Source of the DNA: Octopus sinensis | Lineage: Eukaryota | Assembly (NCBI RefSeq): GCF_006345805.1 | Contig: NC_043000.1 | Coordinates: 116,808,001-116,872,000, forward strand | DNA length: 64,000 nt | Direction of reading: 5' to 3' | Part shown: in pieces, positions 1 to 14,050 of the stretch | How positions within the stretch are numbered: the stretch's first letter is position 1 | Layout: each line of letters begins with the position of its first letter | The notes under the pieces: model-generated | Seen by the model: only the letters and a program-made list of their open reading frames with translations | Databases searched by the model: none | Told to the model about the DNA's origin: nothing | Position numbers and translations under genes: made by a program

Positions 1-49
1 TGTGTGTGTATGTGTGTTTATACGTATGTCATTATTCTGTTTACTTTTA

Positions 50-300
50 GATGTGTAGATTTGTATGTTTTATTCTCATGCATATAGATGGATATCAAGG
101 CATGCTCATATACATTTCAATGATGAACTTCTGGAAAGTTTTACAGATTTTTACAGTTCCAGTGATGGGTTGGATCTGCAGTTTTCGAATTAGCTTTCTC
201 CTTCCTGGCTTTGAGAAGCCTAATTTCTCAAGATTGGTATTTAGGTAGTGTGTTACATTTCCCAGAGTCCCCATAATTACAGGTAGAAACCTGAACCGAA
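50..300 (-). mobile_element. 3' end of an RLE-type (R4/Dong-like) LINE
   Basis: Minus translation PVIMGTLGNVTHYLNTNLEKLGFSKPGRRKLIRKLQIQPITGTVKICKTFQKFII plus a short 3'UTR. Confidence 0.75.
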
Positions 301-634
301 GTAAGCATATGTCTTTACTTATGAAAGAGATATGTATTATATAGTCCGTATCCTTCCTTAGAGCATTAAAGACGTGAGAAAAGTGAAAAAGGCTTCAGCA
401 AAGATTTGAAACCGTAGAGACGGTTTCACCCACTGCGATCCAACATTATACACACAATCGTTTGCCATCAAGAAAACCTGCATAGAAAGCCATATTAATC
501 TGATCAGTTTCATTTCAAAAAATAAAATTAACGAACGAATAGACCTGATATAAGTAATTGATTATGAAGTTTCACAGGAATCTAGTTAGACATAAATCTG
601 TTATCTTCAACGCTGTCGATAAAAAAGGAATAAT

Positions 635-795
635 AGGGGCAGAAGTGGGTGTGGTAAGTAGCTTGCTTACTAACCACATGGTTCCGAGTTCAGTCCCTCT
701 GCGCGGCATCTTGTGTAAGTGACTTCTAGTATAGCCTCGGGCCAACCAAAGCCTCGTGAGAGGATTTAGTAGACGGAAACTGGAAGAAGCCCGTC

Positions 796-826
<31 letters not shown>

Positions 827-1064
827 TGTGTGTGTGTTTGTGTGTTTGTGGTTGTGTTTCCCCCTCCAACATCACTTCAAAACCGATGCTGGTCTGTTTA
901 CGTCCCCGTAACAATTAGCGGTTCGGCAAAAGTGACCGATAAAATATGTGCTAGGCTTACAATGGATAAGTTCTGGGGTCGGTGTGCTCTAATAAAGGCG
1001 GTATTCCAGCATGGCCGTAATCAAATGATTGAAACAAATAAAAGAATAAAAGGATTAAAGAAAG
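635..1064 (+). mobile_element. tRNA-derived SINE family A
   Basis: A/B-box-like head, CORE-like segment (CCTTGGGCAAGTG in better-preserved copies), internal (TA)(TG) tract and AGTCAAATGACTGAAACAAG-type tail; more than 10 copies in the window. Confidence 0.88.
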
Positions 1065-1476
1065 TATGAATTCCATCGACATGATTAGTTATGCTTTTAG
1101 CATAAATAATTACCTTGCACTAATTACTTTAGATTATTTCATATTTGTACAGTATTTACTTAATCCATGTGGCAAGGATTGACATCGTTATGTTTTGCTG
1201 TGCCTTCATGTTGTGCCTGCTAAACATGATCCTAAATGAAGGTAAGATAAAACGGTGAATTCTCCGTCGGTCGTGATGATGAGTATCATTTACTTCGTCA
1301 CCAGGGGCTTTTAGTCAATTAACGATTATACGAACGAGGGTTTCACCGAATGATTTAAAGTGACACAACACGGTTACTTTGGGTCTTTGAATTTACAAGT
1401 AAAATTCTGAGAGAAAGAGAGGATAACAGAGAGAATCTACACCAGCAGTGAACTGGTACTATATTTAAAGATCCTA

Positions 1477-1692
1477 AGGCGGCGAGCTGGCAGAAACGTT
1501 TGCACGCCGGGCGAAATACGTAGCCGTATTTCGTCTGCCGTTACGTTCTGGGTTCAAATTCCACCGAGGTCGACTTTGCCTTTCATGCTCTCGGGGTCGA
1601 TAAATTAAGTACCAGTTACGCAGCGGGGTCGATGTAATCGACTTAATCCATTTGTCTCCTCTCTGTTTAGCCCCTTGTGGGTAGTAAAGAAA
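1477..1692 (+). mobile_element. SINE family B
   Basis: GGCGGCGAGCTGGCAGAA head; central domain of the GTCGACTTTGCCTTTCATCCTTTCGGGGTCGATAAATTAAGTACC type (Meta/Nin-like, assignment unverified). Confidence 0.85.
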
Positions 1693-2042
1693 TATATATT
1701 TAATGATCCTGAAAGAATGCAATGCGTACAGTGACACCAGGAAAAATTCAAAAGTAAAAATTCAAAAGGGAAATGACTATCACGAATAACTGTATCAGAC
1801 GCTCTGATGACTCTCAGTTTACTGTCTTGTAAGGCAGAGTAGACAAGCTCCGGGTCGAGTTCAAAAATTTAGCTCTCAGATAAATCGATATATTGCAGCA
1901 ATTAAATATTAATTATGACAGTGCACCGACTACAATGCCTCACGTAGACGTCTGTACTGCAGTGCGCATTTTATGATTTAAAGTAGCAGAGTTCATGGTA
2001 GATTGAGAGCTCTCAAAGGCAATTCGGTTTAATAACTACATA

Positions 2043-2064
2043 GATGTATATATATGTATATATA

Positions 2065-2127
<63 letters not shown>

Positions 2128-2188
2128 CGTGCATGTGTGTGTATATATATATGTATATATATATATATTATATATATATATATATATA

Positions 2189-2219
<31 letters not shown>

Positions 2220-2409
2220 CATATATATATGTGTGTGTTTTATATATATATATATATGTATGTATGTATATATATATGTATATGAGTATATTTATACATA
2301 TGTATATAAATATAATTATATATAAGTATGCATATATATATACATATATATAAGTATGCATATATATATACATATATATATATAAGTATGCGTATATATA
2401 TATATTTAC

Positions 2410-2459
<50 letters not shown>

Positions 2460-2560
2460 CATACATATATATATATATAATATATATATATATATTATAT
2501 ATATTATATATATATATATATATATGCATACTTACGCTATGTATATATATATATTTATAT
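2043..2560. repeat. (TA)n-rich microsatellite
   Basis: Direct inspection. Confidence 0.97.
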
Positions 2561-2937
2561 TATGCATTAAATATTATATGGAACCTGAAATATCAATATG
2601 TTGTAATTAGCTAAATTATGTGGGGAATTTGATTTACCTATTATAGGACTACGTTTAGAAAGGAAAAATGGTCACTAATGGCTGATGACTTATTGTTTGT
2701 TTCTTAACGGAACATTTAATTATACATGCTTCAATTCACTTAATAAGGGTTGCTCAATAGGACAGACCACTTATTAATGAATACGTTTGATTAGGAAATG
2801 CCAATCAAATGTCTCTACTTATCACACTAAATGAGATTATTTAAGTAATTATATTTAATAGCCATTAGTTTATTTGATATTTCATAGTTCTAATTTCCAA
2901 TTCCACATATGGAAATTTCAATTTTCTTTCATTTATG

Positions 2938-4155
2938 TATTAGTTCGGAAAGGAAGTCTGGTCACATTTTTTAATGAACGCTTTGAGGCTACTTTGGCCA
3001 TACTTACAATCAAATAAGCATTAAATTTTATATTGTAATGTCTTTTTATTTCTTCGCAGATTACTTTATACCATAGTGATTAAATTTGTATCGATTTTAC
3101 CCCTAACAGATACTACATGTTGTATGAATTCAAAAGTGTCTCGCCAAAAATGGAAGCGGCAAGAGTGTACTCGTTTCGCTTTGGTTATGGAAATGAAACT
3201 TCAAGTGTCTGGACATGCTAACGATGGTCTGGTCTGTTACTCAGGAATATTTTCTCTTATAGCTTTTCCTCGATTCCAAAAACTGTATCGAAGAAAATTC
3301 AAAGCAAACTATTCGAGGGGTCGAGTTTTACCAAATGGTTTAACTCAAATCACACGTCGATCATAAAACTCCTTCATGATCTAGAAAAAGGGCCAAAACA
3401 CGATCAGTCTGTCTTTCACGCTCTAAATGCTTCTGCACTTAATCGAATTGTTTCGGGCTGATCGTCATTGACAAATAGACGCGCAACCAAACATTTCATG
3501 AATCGAATCATCAAAAGTGTTGAAAATAGGTTTCCTATAACGATATCCAATTAAGCAACAATGGTTAGCACAGGGAGAAAGAAGGAACCATTCACAAACC
3601 AGGGCGACACGTTTAAACTGCTATGCTGTCTGTTTTGTAGGATATGGATGGTGTCATCTATCATGAAGTGCGAAGAAATACCAGAACAGTTAATAAGAAG
3701 TATTCCCGTCAAATTGGAAGTACCGCAGAAAATGTGGCGAGAGAAACGCCTATCGTTGGTCATTCATAAAAAGATTCTGCTCCTATACGTAATGCGGGAT
3801 CACATATTCCTCAATCAGGAAAATATGATGGCACTAATAATGAAATTTTAGTTCATCCTCTTTACCCTCCTGACTTTGCTCCATCTCTCTCATGTATTCA
3901 TATCAGTGCCAAATTATTTGGAGTGAAAACGGTTTATTAATTGCTAAGGCGTTAAAAATTATGTTGATTGCTTCTTTACTTCGAAACCTTAAGGACAGTG
4001 TGCCCGAGGAAACAACAATTTGCCAAATGCACGGGATTATGCTGTTAATTATGAAGGGGAATACTATCTTGTTTATAAACATTAATTTAGGCCAAAGGAT
4101 CATTGTTTTTTTTATTCATCTTCAAACGCAACATATTCTTCGTTCCAGTCTAATA
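2938..4155 (+). mobile_element. Old, degenerate mariner
   Basis: Fragmentary motifs LSVL*DMDGVIYHEV, EILVHPLYPPDFAPS and NYEGEY; degenerate TATTAG..GGAA terminal inverted repeats about 1.2 kb apart. Confidence 0.75.
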
Positions 4156-4210
4156 GGAAAATACACATTACGTACCATTAATCAGCGTGAAACAAAGTCT
4201 GGTGAACATG

Positions 4211-4418
4211 TATTAGGTTGGTGCATAACTTTTGCAGCTTTTTTTCAATAAATTTTATTCAACAAAAACAATAACAACATTTAACAAAAACATATTTAAA
4301 TGATTATTCCGGATCATATTCACCATCTACTTCCATTTCTGCTTGGCGTTTTGCTTAATTTTTTTGTTAAATAAAATTTATTGATAAAAGGCCGCAATAA
4401 TTATGTACTAACCTTATA
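4211..4418 (-). mobile_element. Internally deleted mariner (MITE)
   Basis: Ends TATTAGGTTGGTGCATAACTTTTGCAGC and GCCGCAATAATTATGTACTAACCTTATA are mariner-type TIRs; the interior encodes a transposase-like C-terminus (DGEYDPE*) on the minus strand. Confidence 0.75.
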
Positions 4419-5249
4419 AAAATTTCTCTATATAATTTTAATTACTCTATATTTTCCTCTCACATTTGTAACACGTTTCCCAGTGTACTTTTTCTTTTCT
4501 CTCATATAAACGCTTACATATTTCAGATAAATTCCTCTTCTTCTCGTTTGGTTTCTTGTTATTTAACCACAATCTTGTAAACGGTATCGGTTTTGCAAAC
4601 GAAAAATATTCATATGTTATGCATGACACCACTTCCAAATTAAATAATTCAGCTATGGTTGGATATAAAACATGTCTGCTAGAAACACAACTGCAGTCCG
4701 TTCAACCAACACAGCTGGATAGCACATTAGTCTACTGTCTCGAATCAGCGGCGGTTCTACTTTACAAATATGACAGTTTCAGGAGAGCTACTCAAACAAA
4801 CAACCCGTTGACATGCAACGTTTTCTTCTTTCTCATATCAGTTTGTATTCAATTTGAATTTATATGCAAAGAATATTCAAAAGATCTTTACGATTGTATT
4901 TTTTCCTTGTTGATATTCAAATAATTTCTACTGTATTTCCATGTAATATTTCTGATAAATTATTCCCTGTTTTTTCTCGTTTCATTCATATTAACGCTTA
5001 TACATTTAATTTCAATATACACTGTATCTTCATTAGTTTGTTATATAATATGTTATCATAATTTTCTCACAAGTTCATTTTGTTTTCGTTATAAATAATT
5101 TATCTGTCACCGTAATGAAAATTTCAGATTTTTCCTTCCATAGATTTGATCGAGTAGATTTAATCTTGTGTCCATAATCTCTGCCAGCGTTTGGATGTGA
5201 TTTTGTGCAGGAAATATTCAAGACTTTATACGGTCATATGTGTGAGAGT

Positions 5250-5997
5250 AGCATTCCATCTGTTACGACAATACGGGTACCAGTTGATCCGATTTTCGGA
5301 GAACCCTGCTCGTGGAATTAACATGCAAATGGCTGAGCATTCCACAGACACATAGTTCTCAGTGTAATTCAGCGTGACACACAGTGTGACAAGGCTGGCC
5401 CTTTGTATAACAAGCACAACTCATTTTTGCAAGTTGCGTGGACTGGAGCAACGAGAAATAATGTGTCTTGATCGAGAACACAATTTGCCGCCGATAATTG
5501 AACTTGAACTCACCACCTTATGATCACGAGTTCAATACACTAACCACTAAGCCACGCATGTGTGTAATAAAAATCCTGGGCATTCACTTAATCACATCAG
5601 CAAAAATTAAGCACTAGTCGTGAATAATAGGTTAATAGTTTTAATAATTTAGTCTTGCGTGTTCTACTATTAAAAAAAGGAGCATTCCGTCGGTTGCGCC
5701 GACAAGGGTTCCAGCTGATGAAATCCACAGAAGAGCTTTCTTGTGAAATTAACGTGCAAGTGGTTGAGCACTCCGCAGACATGTGTACCCTTAACGTAGT
5801 TCTCAGGGAGATTCAGTGTGACACAGATTGTGACAAGACTGGTCCTTTGAAATACAGGTACTACTCATTTTTGCCTGCTGAGTGGACTGGTGCAATGTGA
5901 AATAGATTGTCTTGCTCAAGGACACAACGCGTTGCCGGGAATTGAACTCACGACCTTACGATCATGAGCCGAATGCTCTAACCACTAAGCCACACAT
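5250..5997 (-). mobile_element. Two SINE family D copies (5250-5560, 5682-5997)
   Basis: tRNA head (TGGCTTAGTGG; GAGTTCAATTC) and a shared body. Confidence 0.82.
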
Positions 5998-7161
5998 ATT
6001 CACACCCTACTATTAAAACCATGTCAATGAATTATGTTTTATGTTTGGAATTTCCGTTCGCCGCCAATGATTTGTTCAGAGTGAGCCACCAAGGAATGGT
6101 GCACGCAAAAGAGATCAACTGCTGTATTATCAAGCAAATATAACAAAACGGAAGCATGGAATTCCCATTTGAGAATATTGAGAATACAAATAGTTATCAG
6201 GATGAGATAACGAACTAGAGGACGAGAAAGAGAATGTTCGTACAATCTCCACAAGTACTTAGTGTTGTAGTTGTTATAATGTTGGACTCACAATAGTATG
6301 TTTGTAGTTTTAGATCCAACACTGGCCGGCGTATTATATTCTTAAGCAAAATTCTTCATTTCGCGATTCTCTAGTTCACTTCGCTGAATATGAGCAATAA
6401 GAACAGTGGGGGTTACAACCTGCGATAAAATGGTGGCTTGTTCATTGAGGAGTATCATTCACATGGACAATAATACGGCAAGTAATCTCTGAACGGATAA
6501 ACTACGAAAGACCTGAACCCTAACAGATACTCAACCATTAATTGATACAGTAACATTTCCAAACCTATAAGAATTTTCGTTTCAAACAAGACACCTCACT
6601 CTTCGTCCCACTGCCTTCACTAACAAACTACTTCATTTCGCAAGTTCTATTTTGGTTTCAGATAACCTCGAGTCGGAGATGATTCATTGGGATTGATAAA
6701 GATTATTTCCCTTCAGGACTAATCTTCTTAGCGCTTCTAGTAAAACTGAGATATGCGCCAAAACAATCGCCACCAACCACCAGGTATATATTTCTGGTGG
6801 CACATCAACCACCCTCACGATCACTGCCACTTTTCTTATATATAGTGAGATAAGGAATAAACTCCTCAATATATTAATTGTGCTTCTTCATTTCGAATTT
6901 CGACTCAAGTTTTGTCAAATTGTTTGCCTTCCGCGAGGAAAGATTTTCTGATTTTATTTCCATGTGGGTTAAAGACTACATGCCACTTGAAATTGTTAAC
7001 GTAATCTTTTAATGCAGCGAGCCTTAACGCCGATGCTGTGGTAAGTCAGCGAGTATCGATGCCTCGAATAATTTAGTCATTAACGTGACTATGTAAATGA
7101 AGTTTTACCCTTCAATCAGTCTTGAAGAGAAATTATTTTTCTTCTTTAATTTTCTTTGCAG

Positions 7162-7285
7162 CTCAAATCTTCTTGTGGCATATACAACAATACAAAAAGG
7201 ATCCGGTTATACTTTGTGATGTCTATAGTACTGCTACTTTCAATGCATTTTGGGGTTGGTGGGTCTAGGGACAGGAGAGGAAATG
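7162..7285 (+). other. Candidate exon
   Basis: TTTTCTTTGCAG acceptor in unique sequence with two plausible open frames. Confidence 0.28.
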
Positions 7286-7854
7286 GTAGTTGCGGTGGTA
7301 TTGCTTTTTACTGCCCCTATTTTTCATTTTACTCTCCTAACATCTAATCTATTTTCATCAAGTTCTTTCTCATATTTCATGGTAACGTATATTTCCTTGT
7401 TTGAATTCTTCTTACAACGCCCGTATTTCTCGTATGACTAAATATAGTAAGACAAACAACATAAGCTGTAATATCCTTAAGTAGAAATCGTGAATTTCAT
7501 TAGCATTTCCTTTAAAAATTTTCTAGAAGTTTCTAATAACGAAAGAAATATTCATTCAATACGTTAATCTCAAGATCTCTATTCGTTTGCATACAAACAT
7601 TTGCATTTAAAGAAGACATGACGGCTAAATGGCTAACACTTTTATTTTATATGTTTTACTCTATATTTGCATTCATACGCACGCCAACACACATAAATCA
7701 TACACACTTAGCGAAAATGTGAGAGTGAGGTAAAGTTCGGGATGTAATTGTTATTGGTGTTTTAAACCAAATTTCAGTGATGGAGTTTTTGTTAGTTTCT
7801 TAGAAACAAACCTTCTACTTCCATCTAGAAAATGCAAATAAACAAAACTGAATG

Positions 7855-8450
7855 CGTGCATACATAAATACATATATATATCATACATATATACATACAT
7901 ACATACAAACATACATACATACATACATACGAATATATAAGCATACATTCATACATCATACATATATGCATACATAAATGTATACATACATGCATTCATC
8001 ATATGCATACATCATGCATACATTACACATACATATATCAAACACTCACAGACATACATACACACACATACACTCATACATATATATACATGCATACAGA
8101 CATGCATGTGTACATACATGTTTGTACGCATGCATACATACATATATACATACATATATACATGCATACATACAAACATACAAACATATATACATACATG
8201 CATGCATACATTCATACATGCATACATTCATACATACATACATACATACATACATACACACATACATACATACGCGCATGCATGCATTCATACATGCATA
8301 TATACATACATACATTCATACATGCATACATATATACATATATTCATACATGCATACATTCATACATACATACACGCATGCATACATTCAAACATACATA
8401 CATACATACATTCATACATACATGCATACAGACGTACGTACGTACATACA
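7855..8450. repeat. (CATA)n microsatellite
   Basis: Direct inspection. Confidence 0.97.
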
Positions 8451-8451
8451 T

Positions 8452-9270
8452 GCATCTCCAGATTCTATATCCAGATTAAGTTCATGCCAATTCGATTTGA
8501 TGCACTTGATTGTCTGTGGTAATGTCTAACTCTCAGGTTGTATGAGTTTGGATTTTCAGAAAAGAAGAAAAAAAAAAAGCAATCCGACCAACTGATTCGC
8601 GCATTACAAATACAATTGATGAGTGGAACAGAAATAATAATCAAGTGTAAAATGTAACATTGTTTTCGTTATCTACATTCGAAAGATGCGGCTTTGTTTC
8701 TTTGTTAAAAACCCGCTCCTTCCTGAGAAGAAAATTTTAATATGTAAAAAGCAGAAGAGTACATACATGCATACATACATACATACATATATACATATAT
8801 ACATATATACATACATACATGCATATATGTATGCTTGTACGTGTAACTATTGGGAACCTGGGATATGTAACACATTGTCTAAATACCAATCTTGAGAAAT
8901 TAGGCGTCTCAAAACCAGAAAGGAGAAAGCTAATTCGAAGACTACTGATCCATACCATGACTGGAACTGTAAAAATCTGTAAAACTTTCGAGAAGTTTAT
9001 CATTTAGATATATATATGAGCATGTCTACATATGCAACTATATGAATGAGAATACATATATAAAAAACATACAAATCTGCACATATATAAAAAACATACA
9101 AATCTGCACATATACACACACACATACATACATACATATATACATACATACATACAAAAATACCCTGTTGTTGATGTTGAAATTCCAGTGAAGGAACTTT
9201 GGATCTAGGTTAGAAACTGGCGCTTCCTCTCTTGGCAAGAAATCTTGAAATAAACTGAATAATGTCATAC
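8452..9270 (+). mobile_element. Tandem RLE-LINE 3' ends separated by (CATA)n
   Basis: 8452-8760 (LQILYPD..MPIRFDAL), 8820-9120 (GYVTHCLNTNLEKLG..KFII) and a 3'UTR unit at 9157-9270, each followed by (CATA)n. Confidence 0.72.
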
Positions 9271-9984
9271 ATACATAAATACATACATACATACAAGTCA
9301 TACATGCGTACATACATATATAGAAAAAAACATATATAATTTATAGGAGAAATATAAATGACTTATGGTTGCTAATATAACAATGCAGTTCCATAATTTT
9401 CTTTCACAATTTGAAATATAATTTATTAGAACCACAGAGAAATTTATACGAATTCTGCTCATAAATACCAAAGATTAATATTGTTTGTGTTGTTATTATC
9501 ATCCTCCTCATCATCATGCACTTTCCCTCCTCCTCCCCTCCCCACCCTCCTCCTCCCCCTCCCCCTCCTCCTCCCCCTCCGCCACCGCCTCTCTCCAGCA
9601 TTATCATCATCTCTACGAGATTTATTGGATGTCTTTCCATTTAGAAGTGAGTTCCTGCCGAGGAGAAGGTTTCTTTTTATCATTTCGGGGTCGAAAACAA
9701 TAAAATTCCAGTCAAACATTGAGATCGATGTTGTGGACGAAATCCCTCCCTGAAAATTACTGGTATTTTGCCTCAATCGGAAACCATCATTATAAAGAGA
9801 CAAATACGCCAATTAAAAGAGTCGTAGGAACGCCGGTAAAACTGCTTTACGTATTTTGTTCCGGCTTTTCAACTTTTGAGTTCAAATCTCGCCGAGGTCA
9901 AATTTGCCTTCCATTTCTGTGGCCTTATAATTCATAAGGCTGGTTACCCGATTTCCATTGCGTATAAATGAGGATGGCGCTCTG

Positions 9985-10275
9985 TCGGTTACGACTACGA
10001 GTGTTCCAGTCTGCTTGCGAAATTAACGTGCAAGAGGCTGAGGACTCCACAGACACGTGTACTCTTAGAGTAGTTCTCGGGGAGATTCAGCGTGACACAG
10101 ATTATAACAAGCTGGTCTTTCGAAATACAGGTACTACTCATTTTTTGCTAGCTGAATGAACTGGAGCAACGTGAAATAAAGTGTCTTGCTCAAAGACACA
10201 AAGCACTACCGGGAATCGAACTCACGCCCTTGTGATTATGAGCTGAATATGCCGAACTGCTAAGCCACGTGTCTT
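9985..10275 (-). mobile_element. SINE family D
   Basis: Homology to 5682-5997. Confidence 0.82.
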
Positions 10276-11099
10276 CACGTATGTGACGAGACCACAACAA
10301 TCTCTCTGAACGGAGCACCCTTCAGTAACGGATTCTAAAGCCAGCAGTTTTGCGAGAAGGAGGCAAGTCTATGACGTCTACGCTTTTAATTGAATGCTAC
10401 TTTATTTTATCGACCCAGAAGGGATGAAAAGAAAACTTGAGCCAGGCAGAATTTGAACTCAGAACGTAGAAAGCCTCAAACAATGCTGCTTAGCATTTTG
10501 TTCCGCGAGCTTACGATTCTGCCAGCTCACCGCTGTTTTTCCGTCTCTCTTAGGACCGATATAATAAAGTACCAGACAGCGACTGGGAGATCAAATTGTC
10601 TGCTACCCTGCTCTTTAAAAGTAACGGGCCTTGAACTGAAATCATATGAGATGTGATGAAATGATAAAAGTGACAAAGCGGCAAACAATGAAAGGAAGTT
10701 TAAATATGATGTCTGCAACATAAATATTTAATTACAATTGTTTCAGTTTAATCAACTACATTTGTATTTCAATGTTTTTGAGTAGTTTCGAGAGCTTTAA
10801 TATTGAATGAAACTTTTGATCAGGTTGCGTAAATTTAAATTATAGAAAAGTTTATTTCATAATTGCATATACCGTGGTGTTCAATCTCTGGGTTGCAATC
10901 ACAAAGCTGGAGTACCGCAATGTAGGGGGTTAGCCGAATCAATCGACCATAGAGCTTAATTTTTAATTCTGACGTTTGTTCTATCAGTGTCTTTTGCAGA
11001 ACCACAAATTCTCGTGTAAGGTAAGCAAAGCAAGACCGGTTGTCAAGCGGTGCGTGTGAGAGGTCAAACTGGAACGCATACACATACTTAGAGAGTCAT

Positions 11100-11312
11100 T
11101 TATTTGTTACAGTCATTTGACTGCGGTTATGCCTGAGCACCGCCTTTAGTCGTACAATTCAACCCCAGGATTTATTCTTTGTAAGCCTAGTACTTATTCT
11201 ATCGGTCTCTTTTGCTGAACCGCTACGTTACGGGGACGTAAACAAACCCACGTCCGGTGTCAAGTGATGGTGGGGGACCAAATTCCAGACAGACATACAG
11301 ACAGACACACAC

Positions 11313-11367
<55 letters not shown>

Positions 11368-11518
11368 CAACAATTGAGGGTAAAATTAATTAATTATTAA
11401 TCAATTTCACCAAGTATTCAGTATGTAAAGGGACCATTTAAGGCGAATTCAAATTATTACATTATATAAAAGGGCTTAGTAAAATAGTGGCAAAGTAATT
11501 TATTTTACTAAGCCCTTT

Positions 11519-11549
<31 letters not shown>

Positions 11550-11691
11550 AATATATACGGCGGGATTCTTTCAGCTCCCACTTACCGAATCCACTCACAA
11601 GTCTTTGATCGGTTCGAGGCTATAGTAGAAAACACTTGCCCAAGGTGCCATGCAATGGCACTGAACCCGGAACCATGTGGTTGGTAAGCAA
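11100..11691 (-). mobile_element. SINE family A, interrupted by an insertion in its internal microsatellite
   Basis: Tail half 11100-11300, head half 11545-11691, with foreign sequence 11361-11526 between them. Confidence 0.85.
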
Positions 11692-12940
11692 ACGGGTTTC
11701 AAGTGTTCACCGTATACCAGATTCACTGAACCTGAGGTTACATGTTTGCGAAGCTGACTTCTTAGCCACACAGACGTACAATGCGTATGCTAAACATTAT
11801 CCGATTTTTACTTCAGTGTTCATTACTTGAGCTACGAGAAAATAAATTTCGCGAAAATACATTTGAGTTGATTCAATCTCAGGTATTATCCCAAAGTCAG
11901 ATTGAATGATTAGACATCAAATCACGATAATGATCCAATATTCAAGACCTCATATCGAGAGGATTGGTGTAGTCGTTTGTATTTCCTCGATACCGGACTT
12001 GAATCACAAATCATCGTCTTCATTCGTCTTCACCGCTCTAATCTTGTCATATAATAATGAGAATAAACCCTCGTATGTTTGTATATACGGTAAGGTGTTT
12101 GTGGATATCCTTCCGATACAAAATAGTGTGGAAGTGGGGTGGTATAACTTATATGTATACTGAATATGTGAAAGTTGACTGAGGTTATTCAAAAACAACC
12201 GTAGTATAAGTAAGTAGGTGAGAGAATAAATTGATAATAGAAGCCGCTAGTTTTACGATTTCGGTTTATTACAAATTGCCTTAGAGCTCCCATTAGCTAT
12301 AATTTAAATTGTAAAGGAAAGTGAAAAAAAAAAGTCATTAACTATATATATGTACGGTGCTATCATTACCATCATTGTCAGCATCGACATCAGCATCATC
12401 ACAACGATCATAATCAACGACATCGTCGTCATGGAAGTCAAGAAGAATGTTATTAGCTTTAAGTTATGGAATAAATTGCATTTCTCACTAGGGGACACCT
12501 GCAAAGTGAATCACCAATCTCATTAATCTTTTTAAAATCTCCGAAATTTATCACAAGAGCAATTGTAAATATCTCAATGTAAATGCTTTTCTCAATATAG
12601 AATGGGTAAGATTTTTCTTTAAATTCCCCGCTATAAATTAACAGAAATGCTCACAGTTATGGAGAAACTGAATAGAAGAGTTCGTCAATTTATTTTAAGT
12701 GAAGCTTTTAACCTGATTTCTTATACGAATCCGTTATCACATCTATATGAAGGCTTCCCAACAAGTAAATACATTTTATATAAATAACTGCGTATTGGCG
12801 AAGGTCTACGTGTTTGTACGTTTGACTGCTTGCATGTAGGTCTGTTGCATATAAGTATAAAACACACAGTAATTGCAAAGATAACACTGTCGTATTCTTA
12901 CACAAATATGTACATACACAAGGTTAAATAAATTGAGGTA

Positions 12941-13099
<159 letters not shown>

Positions 13100-13335
13100 A
13101 TATGTATATATAATCATATACCAATTATTGAATGGCAAAAGAACAGGAGTTATGTCATCAGTTCCATAAGCTTGTAGTTGTTTCTGGTGCAAGAAACATT
13201 ACGCTTAAAGCTAAGTGATAGTGCGGCACCCTTATTGTTTCCTCGGAGACATTTCAATGAAGTGTGTGTGTGGCAGAAGACATTTAATTACATTTGAACT
13301 AGTTACATATAGAACTATATATAATATAATAAAAG

Positions 13336-13485
13336 TGGACGCACATGGCGTAGTGGTTAGAGCAGCGGACTCCCGGTCGCCGGATCGCGGGTTCGAATCT
13401 CAAACCAGGCGATGTGTGTGTTTATGAGCGAAAACACCTAAGCTCCACGCGGCTCCGGCAGAAGGTAATGGCGAACGTCTGCAAC
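13336..13485 (+). mobile_element. SINE family C, tRNA-like head only
   Basis: TGGCGTAGTGG A box and GGTTCGAATC B box; continues as family C sequence. Confidence 0.8.
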
Positions 13486-13814
13486 TCACCAAGATTTCTA
13501 ATCATATAACATCATAATGGTGACTTCGTAGATGTTTGAAAAAGAATGAACTCCGCTCAAGTAACAGTAAAGCTACGTGATGGTATTATTCTACCAGGTG
13601 AACCAGGATTTAATTAGTCAATGGCTGTAGACTATAATGAAGTCTCGTGGTCTAGTGACTAGTGTATTACACCCATAGTCTTACGGTCGTAATCTCGACT
13701 CCCGGCCTGGGTGGCGCATTGCGCTCTCGGGCAAGTGCTTCTACTATAGACCTGGGCTACCCAATGCCTTGCGTATGAATTTGGCAGACGAGCAATATGT
13801 GCAAGATCATCGCA

Positions 13815-14050
13815 TATGTAAGTATGTATGTATGTATGTATGTATGTATGTATGTATACATATTTATATTTATATATATATGTGTGTGTATGTATGTATA
13901 TGTATATATGTATATATGTGTGTGTGTATGTATATGTATGTATATACTTATATATGTGTGTATGTATGTATATAGGTATGTATGTATGTATGTATGTATG
14001 TATGTATGTATGTGTGTATGTATGTATGTATGTATGTATGTATGTATGCA
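13815..14050. repeat. (TATG)n microsatellite
   Basis: Direct inspection. Confidence 0.95.

Noticed and set aside
1804-1850. CTGATGA as a hammerhead core or snoRNA box C (also 40168-40174)
   Set aside because: No correctly placed GAAA or stems, and no matching box D with a terminal stem
2013-2529. ORFs rich in IY/YI, and similar ORFs at 7978-8529, 13659-14178, 20499-21289, 28035-28721 and 57806-58213
   Set aside because: Translations of (TA)n/(CATA)n microsatellites, open on both strands
9495-9600. G-rich minus-strand tract as a functional G-quadruplex or poly-Gly ORF
   Set aside because: Degenerate (GGA)n microsatellite with no supporting context
13336-13410. tRNA-like sequence (also 21798-21870 and 46920-46993)
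   Set aside because: Continues into SINE body sequence with TSDs; these are SINE heads, not tRNA genes
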